From assembly GCA_946965045.2 (NCBI GenBank), contig OX337233.1:1550001-1614000 (forward strand): a stretch of 64,000 bases of DNA, in the 5' to 3' direction. Positions within the stretch are counted from its first letter, which is position 1. Every line of letters begins with the position of its first letter. A program made the translations under genes and the position numbers. Source of the stretch: Epithemia pelagica. Taxonomy: Eukaryota > Protista > Bacillariophyta. Positions 34,581 to 47,234 of the stretch are shown here, in pieces. The notes beneath the pieces are model-generated. The model saw nothing but the letters and a program-made list of their open reading frames with translations. It was not told where the DNA came from and ran no database searches.

Positions 34581-36424
34581 TGTTCAGGTTACAACTACCA
34601 GAGAATTGACGAAATATGTGACCGCTGCCGTCCAGATTCCAGATAACCGATACCATGAACCACGTCGGCAGTCTGTTGAGTCAGCGATGGGTTGATTATG
34701 CCCTCCGAGACGATGTGGCAGGATGAGAAAAAGCGAGATAGTAGATATTACAAAGTGGACAACTATAAGCTTAAAGTACCTCTCTGATACGCCTGAGCGC
34801 TCATTATTTCGGAGAAGGAAGGGGCATATCTATTGGACCTGCTTCCGAGCATGGATCCCAGAAGGATACTGATGACGTAACGAGTTCGCGTATGCTTGTC
34901 CTCCCTCATCTGTTTGCTCTCATCACAGTACGAGTAACGAGTACGGATAGACAGCAACGTGACAACAAGACACAATGAGGTTACCGTGGACCATGGACAT
35001 TGGACATGTGGCATGTGGACGATGGTGCTACCGGGCTTCCAACTCGGGGTAAGTTGTCGAGTCGCGCATGAGTCGGTGTATAAAACAAAAATCCTGATCG
35101 ATAAAGCTTGGAACTGGACTCGGATAGGGTGAATAAGTTCTGACACTGTCGATGAGCTCAAAGATGAGGTACTAAGTAAAAGAACTTCGCAAAGCTCTTG
35201 TTGCGCAGCAAGCTCTGTCTCGCCAGCGGCTGTGAAAGTGAGCGAAAAAAGTGAAAGGCTCCAGTCGGACTAGTTGACCAACCAGGTATTTCGTGCATGT
35301 ATCTGATTCGACAGCTGCTGTAGGTCGGATATTGTTTCGTTTTGTACCCTGCCATCCCCGCAGCCGCGGCCAGATATCGAACGATTGCTTTCGCTGATAT
35401 CTGATTTGCCTGCTGTAATTTAAGAGGATGGAATCACGGAAAACGCGACGTGATCCCTGGGAGTGGGAGATAGAGTTTTGCACAAGCGACAGCAAGCGGC
35501 AAGCGCTATGCAAAAGAGGGCTTGCAAGAGAATTTGTCGCTTGAAGATACTTGTAGTGCACTGACATAGATGGCTTCGACTGTGGGATGGGTGTGGTGCC
35601 TGTTTTTATCTTAGGGTGCGTTTGCACCATACTCCTTCGTGTTTATGTAACAAGAAAAGACACGACGGTCTTGTGGGTAAGACCAGTGAGCTTTCACTGA
35701 GACAGGGAACCCCAAAAGGAGTCTCCACCGTCACACTTCGTGTTAATGCTACATCAGGTTTTCTGACAGTCGTTTCAATTCTCATCGTGGCCCGTGACTT
35801 GCAAGCGACACGTCATGGACCATATTGTTTCATCTGATCTCGAACACAGCACAAAGACCACGACCATTTCTCGTCTCAATCATTCGGAGACTGTGTGAGA
35901 AGTTCGTTCGTTGTCAATTGACCGTATCTTTCGGAACGGCACCCCCACAACAGCCAACATTTGCTGTTCCCACTACTAAAGAGGGAAGAAGAGTACCTTG
36001 TTACCCAAATAGTGGGAAATGCCTCTCCTTCCGTCAGCTGAAAGCAACAGCAATTCTCCCAATTTTATTTCCGGTCGTTCACAGGCTCAACCATTTCATG
36101 GACAGCTCGATTGAAGTGGTCGATGGCTTCCTTTTCTCTTCCCGGCGAGTTGTCGTACTCAAATGCCAACCAATGTGTGTCTAGTCTTTGAGGCCGTATT
36201 TCCAGACTAGCCGTGCGTGGCACGAAAACAAACGACTGTATGGGCAGTATTTAGGAGGATAGCGCAAGGGTTTTGATGAACGGCCGCAAACGGAATGTCA
36301 TATTGTCGTCATGCCGGATCCAGCGACTGTCTGTTCATAAGCGGAGTACCTCCAACAAACAGAACGATTTTGCCGTCGAGCAGGTTGTAAAGAAAGCAGA
36401 TTTGAATATGATCAAATGACTCTT

Positions 36425-36925
36425 CTAGTCCTTTTGCAAGAAACAGCCCATTTCTTTAACTGTGGACGTTTTGAGGTTGAAGCCTAAGGTCTTGTAGCCC
36501 ATGACCTCGTGTGGATGCCTTCCAAATATGCGGAGCAATGATACCTGTGGCTTCGTTATCTGCACGGCACAGAGCATTGAAAATGAAGTCATCCAAAATC
36601 TGGCAGTTGACTTTCTTCCCTGAGTTGCTTTCACCTTTGAAATATTCAACCACCTCTTCCGATGGTATCTTCTGTAATTCTTTCCTGCACCTATATCATG
36701 GGCACCCGCCGAGATGACCATGAATATGGGGAGCACTATTTGACGCTTGTACAGGATCATTTCACAACTCGGAGTACCTACAAGCCGAGCCAGAACTTTT
36801 TGTATAACTGCTTGGCAATGAAGGTGAACATTAGACAAGCAATGTTTCAAGACGTGTGGACATGATGAATGTGGCCTACATGGATGAAAGTTTTTCTGAA
36901 AACATTCTAAGCAGTTCATCAACAA
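36425..36925 (-). pseudogene. Decayed coding fragment of unknown origin
   Basis: Protein-like stretches (ELQKIPSEEVVEYFKGE...CQILDDFIFNALCR) are spread over different frames; CG dinucleotides look under-represented. Confidence 0.25.
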
Positions 36926-37037
36926 GGTACAATTCAGAAGACTTGAATCAATTCACTTCAATCCATGTCATAGAGGGAAACATTAGAACCATTGCCACAG
37001 CTCGGAATTGGCTATAGCGAGAATATCTATGTTGTCA

Positions 37038-38465
37038 TCAGAATTGCCCAAGCAAAAAGCAGTATATTTCCATCTCCACAATATTGAAACTGGTCGATGA
37101 CTGTGAAAGAGGCTGGTTATCAAATGTGTCACAAGGGCCACTTGAACCGTGTTGGAAGTCGTGGGCCACGCTCAAACCAAAAGCCCCGTCATGTCCACCA
37201 CCTCCAAAAGCTAACATTTTATGTGGTATGTCACACAGCTGTATGTAGCGATTTTTTCCTGTCCATTTATAAACATTCAAGTAGTTTTCACTTTCACCTC
37301 TAGTCACCGTGTTGACAGACTTTAGTCTTGCTGCGAACGAGAAAATCGAAGAGGTAGGCCCCCCAAAATACTGGTGCCCTCCCATCGCGGGTTGATCCCA
37401 TGCCATGTCGGCAAAACCGCCCATGATTTCGTTTGCCGATGTCCGCAAAACCAAAAGAGTTTTTGTGTGCCCAGCTATCACACGTAAACAGTTCTCGAAG
37501 GAGTCACCATCTCTCGTGAGGCTGTAAAGTCTTTTCCATTTTGCATAGACAATTCCTGACGGTAATACTCTTTGAGCAATGAGTTGTCTCTGAGCTGCGT
37601 CGAGAATAAACGGTGCGGAAGAAATATTCTCTTCTGCCTCTATTCGAACGGGTGGAACCCAGTCAGAGTCTTCACTTTTTGTGTCTGGTACAGCGAATTC
37701 AACAACATAGCCGTTTCCGGAGCAGCTCACACCAGTCTTTTGTATTATTTCGTCGCCGCTTTCTACGGAGCCGTTTTCCTTTTCGTTTTCGTCGCTACTT
37801 TCCGTTCGCCGTATCCCGTCGTCTGCTACAGTTGAGCTCAGATTTCCTGTGAAAGCGTTTGCAATTTTCTTAAAAGTAGAATTGCCGCCCAGACCATGAG
37901 AAGCGCTGGTTGAAGCGGAACTGTTTGCCATTCCAGTCTTTATCCCGGCAAGCTGCGCTTCTCGGATCTTTGAAGCTTGTTCTTCCGCTTGATGCTGTAA
38001 ATATCTTCTTCGTCTTTCTTCACGTTGAGTTCTTATCCAAGATAGCCCTTGTGCCATCAGACCGGTCGAAAGAGACATCGCTTCAGCACTTGATGACGAT
38101 TGCGTTCCGGCTCTTGGTGGTGTGATGGATGCCTCAGCAACTTTTCTTGTCCTCCGACGAGAGGAAGGCGAATCGAGAACGTTTTCGCCTACCAGGGCAC
38201 CAGAGACTGCATTGTTAATGGCAATTTCACTACTGTTTGTGCCTGTGCTCCCGTCAAACGAGGCACTTCGATTTGTCAATGACTTCGCGGTGGGGGTTTC
38301 CTCTCGGAAGGAATCAAAGAAGCTTAAACCCACCTCAACACTGTCGTTATGTTCCTTCCCAGATTCTGAGTCTTTTTTTGAGTCTTCATCATAACTTGAG
38401 TTTCTGCGTATTGTTCGTGATTTTGGAGCTTCTATCCATGGCGATTCCCCTTTGTTGACAACCAT
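37038..38465 (-). CDS. TLDc-domain protein (OXR1/NCOA7-like)
   Basis: C-terminal WKRLYSLTRDGDSF...LLVLRT...MGGF...FGGG...DFQHGSSGPCDTFDN. First ATG at 38465; ORF open to 38555. Confidence 0.88.
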   Translation of the reverse strand: MVVNKGESPWIEAPKSRTIRRNSSYDEDSKKDSESGKEHNDSVEVGLSFFDSFREETPTAKSLTNRSASFDGSTGTNSSEIAINNAVSGALVGENVLDSPSSRRRTRKVAEASITPPRAGTQSSSSAEAMSLSTGLMAQGLSWIRTQREERRRRYLQHQAEEQASKIREAQLAGIKTGMANSSASTSASHGLGGNSTFKKIANAFTGNLSSTVADDGIRRTESSDENEKENGSVESGDEIIQKTGVSCSGNGYVVEFAVPDTKSEDSDWVPPVRIEAEENISSAPFILDAAQRQLIAQRVLPSGIVYAKWKRLYSLTRDGDSFENCLRVIAGHTKTLLVLRTSANEIMGGFADMAWDQPAMGGHQYFGGPTSSIFSFAARLKSVNTVTRGESENYLNVYKWTGKNRYIQLCDIPHKMLAFGGGGHDGAFGLSVAHDFQHGSSGPCDTFDNQPLSQSSTSFNIVEMEIYCFLLGQF

Positions 38466-39002
38466 TTCAGTATCTGTTATCCGTCGTAAAAGAGTAGGTA
38501 GTGTGAGAGCCAAGTCTCTTCGATTTGTTGTTGTTCTCTGGTGTCTTTTAGGCACTATCCACAGTTGGGTTAGGGATTAGGGATAGGAGCTTTGAAATTT
38601 CGAAACCACGGACGATAACCGATAACCGATAAAGATTACGGGTATTATACAATATCCGAACAAACTAAGTACACAGCATGTTTTTAAATCCCATCGGTAT
38701 CCCTTTTCATAATGATAATTGTACTTCTCAGCAGGATAACCATACGATCAATCATACTAAAATAAAGGCTCCACTAGACAGAAAAGATACCCCCGCCTGG
38801 TATTTTTCAGTCCCACGTGGATCGAGCAGTCCATTCGGAATCTGGATGACGAGATGATGATTCGAGTGAATCTGGACTGACGAACGACCAGATCATCCCC
38901 GCTAGGGCTGGGTATCCTCTGAACCATCAACTCTTCACCATTCCATGTCATAAAGTCGACGGACTGCTGTATCGTCGACAAAGTTTCGTTTTGTAAGCGA
39001 AC

Positions 39003-41381
39003 ATGGTGGCTTTCCTCTTTGCTGCAGTGGTGTCACTTCCGACCTTGGTCGCTGCCTTTGCGCCACGAGCGCCATCGGCTCTTCATCGTCATGCCCATGC
39101 TGTGAGTACTGACGCCGACGTTGTAACCCTGGAAAGTCAACCGTAGAGCTAACCTCTGAACTCGGTTTCCTTTTGTTGTTGTTGCGAAATCCAGTCCACG
39201 ATTCTGAATGGAGTCGAGCAGGGTCAGGACATTGATCTTGCCAAAGCATCATCTGCCAAACAGCGAGAAGTCAACCTCGACTTGTACCGCAACATCGGTA
39301 TCATGGCCCATATTGACGCAGGCAAGACAACCACGACGGAACGTATTTTGTACTACACAGGAAAATCCTATAAAATTGGCGAAGTTCACGAGGGAGGAGC
39401 AACAATGGATTGGATGGAACAAGAGCAGGAGCGCGGAATCACCATCACGTCAGCCGCTACAACCTGTGCATGGAATGACCACCGCATCAACATTATTGAT
39501 ACACCAGGCCATGTCGACTTCACTCTCGAAGTCGAGCGTTCATTGCGTGTGCTTGACGGTGCTGTTGCTGTTTTCGATGGTGTTGCCGGAGTCGAACCGC
39601 AAACAGAAACAGTTTGGCGACAGGCTGACAAGTACAAGGTCCCTCGTATGTGCTTCTTGAACAAGATGGACCGAACCGGTGCCAACTTCTATTTCTGCGT
39701 CGATACGATCATTGATCTCCTCGGAGCCACTCCAGCCGTTCTCCAGTTGCCAATTGGCGCGGAGAGTGATTTCCTGGGAATTATCGACCTTGTCACGATG
39801 GAAGCTGTGGTATGGCGAGGCGAGGATCTTGGTGCCAGTTATGACCGTATTCCTCTTGACGACTGCAACGACATCCCTCTGGTTGATGACGAGCTCAAAG
39901 CGAAGGCACAAGAATACCACGAACAGCTTGTTGAGCTTGCTGTGGAACAGGACGAAGAAGTACTCATGATGTATCTAGAAGGAGAAATGCCTGACGTCGA
40001 CACCCTCAAAAAATTGATTCGTCAAGGAACCATCAACTTGTCCTTTGTGCCTGTCCTCACAGGTACTGCTTTCAAGAACAAGGGTGTCCAGCCGTTGTTG
40101 GATGCGGTTGTTGACTACATGCCTTCACCAGTGGATGTGTTGGCTATCAATGGAGTCGATGAAGATGGCGAAGCTACTATGCGTCAATCTTCCGATGCGG
40201 AGCCTTTCTCTGCACTTGCGTTCAAGGTGGCAACTGATCCTTTCGTCGGTTCTCTGACTTTCACAAGAGTTTACTCGGGAGTTATGGAAGCTGGGTCCAC
40301 TGTTTTCAATTCAGTTAAAGGAAAGAACGAACGTATTGGTCGAATGCTTCAGATGCACGCCAACGACAGAACCGAAATCAAATCTGCTGTTGCAGGAGAC
40401 ATCGTTGCACTTGTTGGACTCAAGGATACGACTACCGGAGAAACGCTCTGTGACAAAGAGAATGCTGTCATTCTCGAGAAAATGGAGTTCCCGGAACCAG
40501 TTATCAAGGTTGCAGTCGAACCGAAGACTAAGGGAGACCAACAAAAGATGTCTGAAGCTCTTATCCGCCTTGCTGCGGAAGACCCATCTTTCCGATTTTC
40601 CCGTGACGAAGAAACTGGCCAAACTGTCATTGAAGGTATGGGTGAACTCCACTTGGAGATCATTGTTGACCGTATGAAGCGCGAGTTCAATGTGGAGGCC
40701 AATGTTGGTGCACCTCAAGTTTCATACCGTGAAGCGATTACTGCACCAGCTGAGATTGATTACACACACAAGAAGCAATCTGGAGGGTCCGGCCAGTATG
40801 CGCGCGTCAAGATTAAGTTCGAGCCAAAGGAATTCAATGAAGATGACAGTGACTTCGAGTTTGTGTCTGAAATTAAGGGTGGAAATGTTCCGAAAGAGTA
40901 TGTTCCTGGTGTTCAAAAGGGAATTGAATCTGTTTTGGGCACGGGTGTCGTCGCCGGTTTCCCCGTTCTAGGAATGAAAGCCACGTTGCTTGACGGTGCT
41001 TACCACGAAGTCGATTCGTCTGTCATGGCATTTGAAATCGCCGGACGCGCTGCCACTCGAGATGGACTTCGAAAGGCGAAAGCCCGTCTCATGGAACCTT
41101 TGATGCAAGTTGATATCACTACACCTGAAGAGTACATGGGAGACATTCTTGGTGATGTCAACTCTCGACGTGGTCTAGTTGGCGAATTGGGTGAACGTGG
41201 AAATGTAAAAACCATTTCTGCACAAGTGCCGCTCGCCAACATGTTTAACTATGTGTCCACTTTGCGATCCATGAGTAAGGGTCGCGCTAATTACTCAATG
41301 AAGCTTGCGAACTATGACTTCGTACCTCCAAATATCGAGGATGAACTCAAGAAGGGATTTGTTTTGAGCGAAGACGACTAA
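39003..41381 (+). CDS. fusA: Plastid elongation factor G, nucleus-encoded, 2 exons (39003-39101, 39195-41381)
   Basis: Exon 1 [21 protein letters not shown] is a bipartite presequence. Phase-0 intron GTGAGT...CCAG. Motifs [29 protein letters not shown]. Confidence 0.95.
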
Positions 41382-41826
41382 ACAGGAAAGCATGTTATAA
41401 AATAAGAATTATCTTAGCAATGTGAAGCCACCATACGATCGATAAGAGTAGGTAGAAAGTGATTTTCTATAGGAGGATATTTCTTCATTTTTGGTCCATG
41501 TACTTTGACAGCTTTTTAAATCCTCAATGATTCTCCTGGCGTTTCCCTCTCAATTCTCAATTGATCGTTACGAAACTCTCGACAGAAGAGAGGGAATGAC
41601 ATAACACCATGGCGAATCTGGTTGCGTCTCTTCAAAACTACTCTACTCCTACTCCTAACCATATTATTTGTGCTCCTCACTCCTTTTCCTCTACCTACCT
41701 AGTCTACTCCTACATTACTACTCCTACTCATAAGGAGTCTACCTAGCTAGCTAATAGAAGTTACTAAGGCTCGGCCGAATTTGGCGCGCAATGCCCCAAA
41801 CTCCCCCAGCGCGGCTACGCGCGCCC

Positions 41827-43528
41827 TACCCCCTAGCGGAAGGGTGAGTCCTGGTCGTGAATGAGAGTGTGTGCATTCTGATACTCACCCCCAAGGCGCC
41901 ATCGCGCTCACTCGACTTTGACACAAACCCAAAATTTCATCTCACACATTCACTGCATCCACCACGGTGGGTGGAGGTGCAACAATATACCATGTCGTCC
42001 ACCAAGTCTTCTTCGTCCCACAAGCGACACCGTCGGTCCCCTGTATGAGGTGAGAGGCGTATCACCGTGCGGAAGCGGCATACCAAGCAGTATTGAAGCC
42101 ACCAACAACAACCGTTGCAACACTGCTTGGTTTGTTGTACAAGATCAAGTAGGATCGACAACAAGCTGGATGCCTGACCGCTCGCGAAGATCATTGAATG
42201 GTCAAGTGAATCATTTTCCCGCCTTGGACAATGATGATAACGATGACAACAACGACGATTCCAAGCATACTTCCACCACCTCAGACAACGAAAGAGAAAC
42301 GTTCTTGTGTCCCATTTCCATGGTGGTATGCTCCAAATCATTGTGGTATTGAGCTCGTACCATTTTAAGCAATTGTGTCGCTTCCTTGTTGGCCGCATCT
42401 GTCTGCAAGACTTGCAACAAATCCTTGGCAGCATTGTGCGAGATAATGTCGTCTATTGTCACCATGGTCGTTGTTTTCGAACAAGAGGAAAGAAACGCGC
42501 TTGTGCCAGTCCAGCCAGAATCCTCCTTTCATTTACTCTGTTGTTTTGCCAACATTGTGCAAGCCATTGTCACATTTTCCAGCTGTCAGTGCTATCGTTA
42601 AAAACAAAGCTGTCCAAACAGTGACAACCCAAACAACAATGGCAACAAGACAACTAAATCAAGAATTCTATCACGGCAAAACCAGGTGGCAAACCTGTCA
42701 CCAGCACCAAACCCAACCAATCATCAAACATAGCACCTCACACAACCAATCACTGTCCATACATGACACTACCCACCGCCTGATTCAACACATTGCTATT
42801 TTCTGGTGTTCTCGTTCACTTGTGGATTATGCTTTCTCAAAACAATTGGATTCCATTGAATAGATGTAGATTAGTCGTTGATTGCTGCTGAATCCTGAAA
42901 AAGAGCATTTGTCATAACAAGAAATGCCAACAAATTTAGTTGGCTGCTTTCACCAATATGGCATGGCCATGAGAGCCCACCTCGTGATTTCGTCTCTCAC
43001 AGCACAAATCCATAAATAGTGGATTCGGAGAGTTGTGCAACAACACTGAGAGTCACCAGGTATATAGGGGAGGGGTAATTGATCGTGGGAGGTACTTGTA
43101 AAGAGGCAAAGGGATCCATAACACGTTCAGACAAAGGGTTACCTGTTTGATTGTTGTTGTTTGGGTTTGCATCGTAGTGGTACTGAGCACTTGGAGCGAT
43201 CAAAGGGTCTACACATGCCATTTCACGGCCAGGAGTGTTCCTTGGGTGGTTAGAGACAGCAGGAACAAAGCGGACGTTTCACGGCATGAAGTGTCCCTTG
43301 GGTGTTTAGAGACAGCAGGAACAAAGCGGATCTGATTGGGAGGGGCCATGGGTGTTGTTACAACCACAACAAGATGGGTCTCGTAGTGATTGCGTTGTGG
43401 TGGTTGTGAGTTTGTGTCAAAGTCGAAAAATCGCCGATTTTGAGAATCGCGCCTTGGGGGTCGGGGGTGAGTATCAGAATGCTCTCGGTCTGTCTGTCAA
43501 CCTGGACTCACCCTTCCGCTAGGGGGTA
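41827..43528. mobile_element. Non-autonomous AcademH-type element (1702 bp)
   Basis: Termini TACCCCCTAGCGGAAGGGTGAGTCC and its inverse. Imperfect TIRs ~41827-41927 and ~43411-43528. Perfect 10-bp TSD ACGCGCGCCC (41817-41826, 43529-43538). Ends are homologous to 53324-61151. Confidence 0.9.
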
Positions 43529-43643
43529 ACGCGCGCCCAACAACAGGACATGCTATTTTTTCACTTCAAGGCATGTCATCAAAAAATCAAACAACCTCAC
43601 AAAAATCCCACAGAGAACACCAACAAGGGCAAGGAACCCAAAG

Positions 43644-44489
43644 ATGAATATGTTCTCCGGAAAACGTCCATCAAATCATGTTTACCTGACGCTAGTGAGC
43701 GTTGCTCTTCTTCTTATGATTCGACTTGTTGGTAGTATTCCTCTGCAACAAGACCAAAAGGCATCTCCGCAGTCCGATGAAGTACGTTATCGCAAGTCAT
43801 TGCGTCTACGAGACGTTTCAAGTAACCCCAAAGCTCCAAACAGCGCTGGTCCCAGTGTAGAGAACGCCTTTGTAAAGAAAACAGGACCATCCTCGTCGGA
43901 AACAGTGGACTCCGTGGAATCTCGGGGTAGACATCCTGGTCTTCTGCAGACTTTGACAAGCATTGCGCTAGCGTTACTTCCAAGCACACGTCGGCTCGCT
44001 GATCGAGACAGAAATGCGGGGAGCACGAAAGACTTCATTCGAACGGATGGAGAAGAATCGTTTGAATGGACAGGGATGCTGAAGGATGCTCGTCCTCCTG
44101 TTCGATTTGCTGTGAGGAATCTCTGCGTTCCCTTTCTTTCTCGACTTGCCCGTGAGCCGCATGCATATATTGATAACAATCAATTTATTGTTGAAAGCCT
44201 CATGAGCGAGGCTCACGAGGTCCTCAGGAAGCACCCTGGAGTGGAATCCCTACTGGGAAGTCCGATCTCCGTCGCCATCTCTCCGTTTGAAGAAAAATCG
44301 ACCATTTCACCTTTTATTGGAGGAAGTACAAACACCCACATGGAACTGACTTTTACCTTGTCCGGGTCACGAGAAGCGGGGGTTGCGTACTTGTCGGCTT
44401 CCAGCGAAAAAGGAATTGAATTGCTTACAGTTATTGGGGTTAAATCGCATCGTTCGATCGTACTAGTTGACAGGAGGAGGGCTATCTGA
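43644..44489 (+). CDS. Hypothetical membrane-anchored protein (281 aa); C-terminus possibly Tim21/Coa1-like
   Basis: ATG ORF with an N-terminal hydrophobic helix. C-terminal LLGSPI...ELTFTLSGSREAGVAYL beta-rich segment. Confidence 0.7.
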   Translation: MNMFSGKRPSNHVYLTLVSVALLLMIRLVGSIPLQQDQKASPQSDEVRYRKSLRLRDVSSNPKAPNSAGPSVENAFVKKTGPSSSETVDSVESRGRHPGLLQTLTSIALALLPSTRRLADRDRNAGSTKDFIRTDGEESFEWTGMLKDARPPVRFAVRNLCVPFLSRLAREPHAYIDNNQFIVESLMSEAHEVLRKHPGVESLLGSPISVAISPFEEKSTISPFIGGSTNTHMELTFTLSGSREAGVAYLSASSEKGIELLTVIGVKSHRSIVLVDRRRAI

Positions 44490-44999
44490 TGACTACTGCA
44501 TTGATGACCATACGGTGCCGAGTTCTCGCTTTTCAGTTTTGCGTCGTGTGGTCGTGTACTCTTGTATTGTTATCCACGTGGCCTCGGGCGATGAGAAGAC
44601 TGTTAGCCTCATTCAACAGTCTTTTCCTATGTATGAAGTATTCTAGGTAATCAGGCGGTGATCTGTCAATGAAATCCCGTGTCTCAATTTAAACGTGGCA
44701 AATTCAGAGCTAGCGTAATGTTTCTTAAGACTAAACGAGATGAACAACCACGACATATCTTCCGACGATGAGGGTTTTTGATCTGGAAGACCTTGTTCAT
44801 TTAAGCCACACCCAGCGGTCAGAACTACTCTCTCACCGGTGATTATTAGCGGCCGGATAGAGATAAACAAGTATCCAGAATTAACCACCCTGCATGCATT
44901 TACGGAAAGGAAATGCACACCAAACGGCGACAACAAAGCGACAAGGAGTCGCTCGCTACCACGTATGAAGTCAATGACGAACACTGGACTTTCACAGCC

Positions 45000-46678
45000 C
45001 TATCTCCGTCCATGGCGCCGCGAACGGCGACTCTGTCGGGATTGAGAGTCTCCCTGCTGATCTCGAGAGCGTTCAACTTCTCGGTTGCGATAGTAACTGC
45101 TCTGTTGATTGATTCGGAAGCCATAAACTCGTGGTATATATGTTTGCGAAGGTCGTGATGGAACCATGTCCTGTATTTTGAAGTCAATCAAAGAGTCAAA
45201 AATCAGAAACAATAAAACTGTGAATAGACCAATGATCGAAAAGAAGCGTACCGGGTGTGTCATTAAATACAAATGGGGAAACGTCGTTCCAAAATAGGCT
45301 CCGTCGATGTTCGCTTGCCGCGTGCTCCTGGGAAAAAACAATCCTTGACATCGTGGACAAAAAACATTAACAGTGTAGTTTCGGGGTAGATCGGACAATC
45401 CAACGGGCAAAACAGGTTGTCCCTGACAGAAAACCTGTGGGCAACGTCCAAACGCCGCAGCTCTGTACTTCTCGTACATGGCATGCATTCCTCTGTTCGT
45501 GACAATGTACCTGTTTGCGTCAAGAGAGCGAAATTTGAGCATCTGAGAAGTGCATGCAAGCGACTAGACAAAAGGCACTTTACCTCGCATGAATTAGGCC
45601 ATAAAGCATCTCCGCAGCTGATTCAACAATTTCCTGTTGTTCCTCTGTGAGAGAGTCCTCCATGGGCATTTCGACATCAAGTACCATATCAAGCGCATAA
45701 TCGTAGTAAGGTACCATGGTGTTCAATCCAGTTAAATTGAAGTCATCCTTCAAGAGAAAAAGTGTCAGAAACACGACGGATTACTTCGGTCATACAAAAG
45801 AAAAAAGAACATACCTGAATGTAATCCTCGTCTACCTCACAAAAGAACTCATTTCCTCTGAGACTACAGAACCATGCAATCCATGACCCGTCCTCGTCAG
45901 AGGGCGACATTTCCGATGACTCTTCCTCGTCCTCCTCATCTTCTTCAAATTCTTCGTCACCCTTTGAACCACCACTTTCGCTAAGAAGTTGCATCTGTGC
46001 ATCGCCTCTCCGCTGGTCCACCAAATGGTCTAAGGGATCTGAATTTCTCTTGTGAGATCTCCCAGCATAATCTGAGTTTGATACAGGTTGTTGCTTTGTC
46101 TGTACATGTAGACCACTGGAAGAGGCACCCGGCTCAGACTTTTGGTGCGGTACGGATCGCGAAGGCGACCGAGCCATGTTTGTCTGGGACGTGGAGTTGG
46201 GTGAGTTTGGTAGTGCATCCTTACTGCGGATTCCATTATCGATCGCTACTTGGCGTTGAGGATGCCGAAGTGGTTGGTCGTCTTTGTTAGCAGCAGTTGT
46301 CGCAGCATTCAATGGCTGGCCACCAGCGTCAACTCGAGGTTGCGGCGCTTGTACATCTAGAGAATCCACAAGGTCTATGTCTGTTGACAGCGTTCCAATC
46401 GCTGCTTCTCCCGAATTTATCTCCGGTATTCCGCTTCCATTGGAAATGACAACACCGGACGGATCTGATTGTGAAGGAAAGGTCGAGTCGTTCAAAGTCA
46501 ATTTCGTTATCATGTCACCCGGATCTTCCGGAGATGGCTTTCGTCGGTTGCGTGGTCTATCCATGGAACCAATCTCCTCTTCCAATCCAATTGGAGCATC
46601 AGCGCTATTGATCGGTTCTAGTATTGGATCCTCGCCGACGACATCCTCCGCTGCTATGTGTTTGGCTGTTGCCATCAT
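45000..46678 (-). CDS. CSNK2B: Casein kinase II beta subunit, 4 exons (46678-45815, 45747-45584, 45510-45252, 45170-45000)
   Basis: [68 protein letters not shown]; three GT-AG introns. Confidence 0.93.
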
Positions 46679-47234
46679 TGAATGCTTTGCTCTCTTTTAT
46701 CTGTGACCGGGCAAAAGAGTCCCTGCACAGAAAGAAACTTTCTAGCGTTGCCTTCTCTCGAGTCGTTCAACCACGGTCCATATCATGTGAAGGCGTATGT
46801 CCTTCACACCTCCCACCAACAAGAGCTCTTGCTTGGCCGCGCGGAGACTGTTTTTGTGGGTGTGCCGGCTCCGTCCTTGGAGTTTGAGGTTTGAGCGACT
46901 GACATTGTCTGCGCGCATGTTTCGCCTCTCTTCTGCAGACTGCAGACTGCAGCACAATAAATAGTACTCCTATTGATATACAACAGCGGCTAGCGCTTGC
47001 GGTGTCCGTGACGGCGGACGCGGACCCATGAAAGAGGTAAGACAGGTGACACACAGAAACTCCCTCAACGGACGTTCTGCTCACAAAATTGGGTATCTCG
47101 CCAAACTCCGATGTGGGAAAGACTTCCAAGAATAAAGCGATCACCTTCACATCGCCGCCACGGATTCTGAGGAACTCTCCTCAACAACACGACCCAAGGA
47201 GTCGACACAAGCATCGAGCAGAGGCCTCATTGTT

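Noticed and set aside
34700-36400. Several 65-150-aa ORFs between host genes
   Set aside because: No recognisable motifs, overlapping on both strands, and no consistent splice model.
41800-41814. CCCCCAGCG in the flank resembling the AcademH terminus
   Set aside because: A nine-base match in GC-rich DNA with no partner end or TSD.
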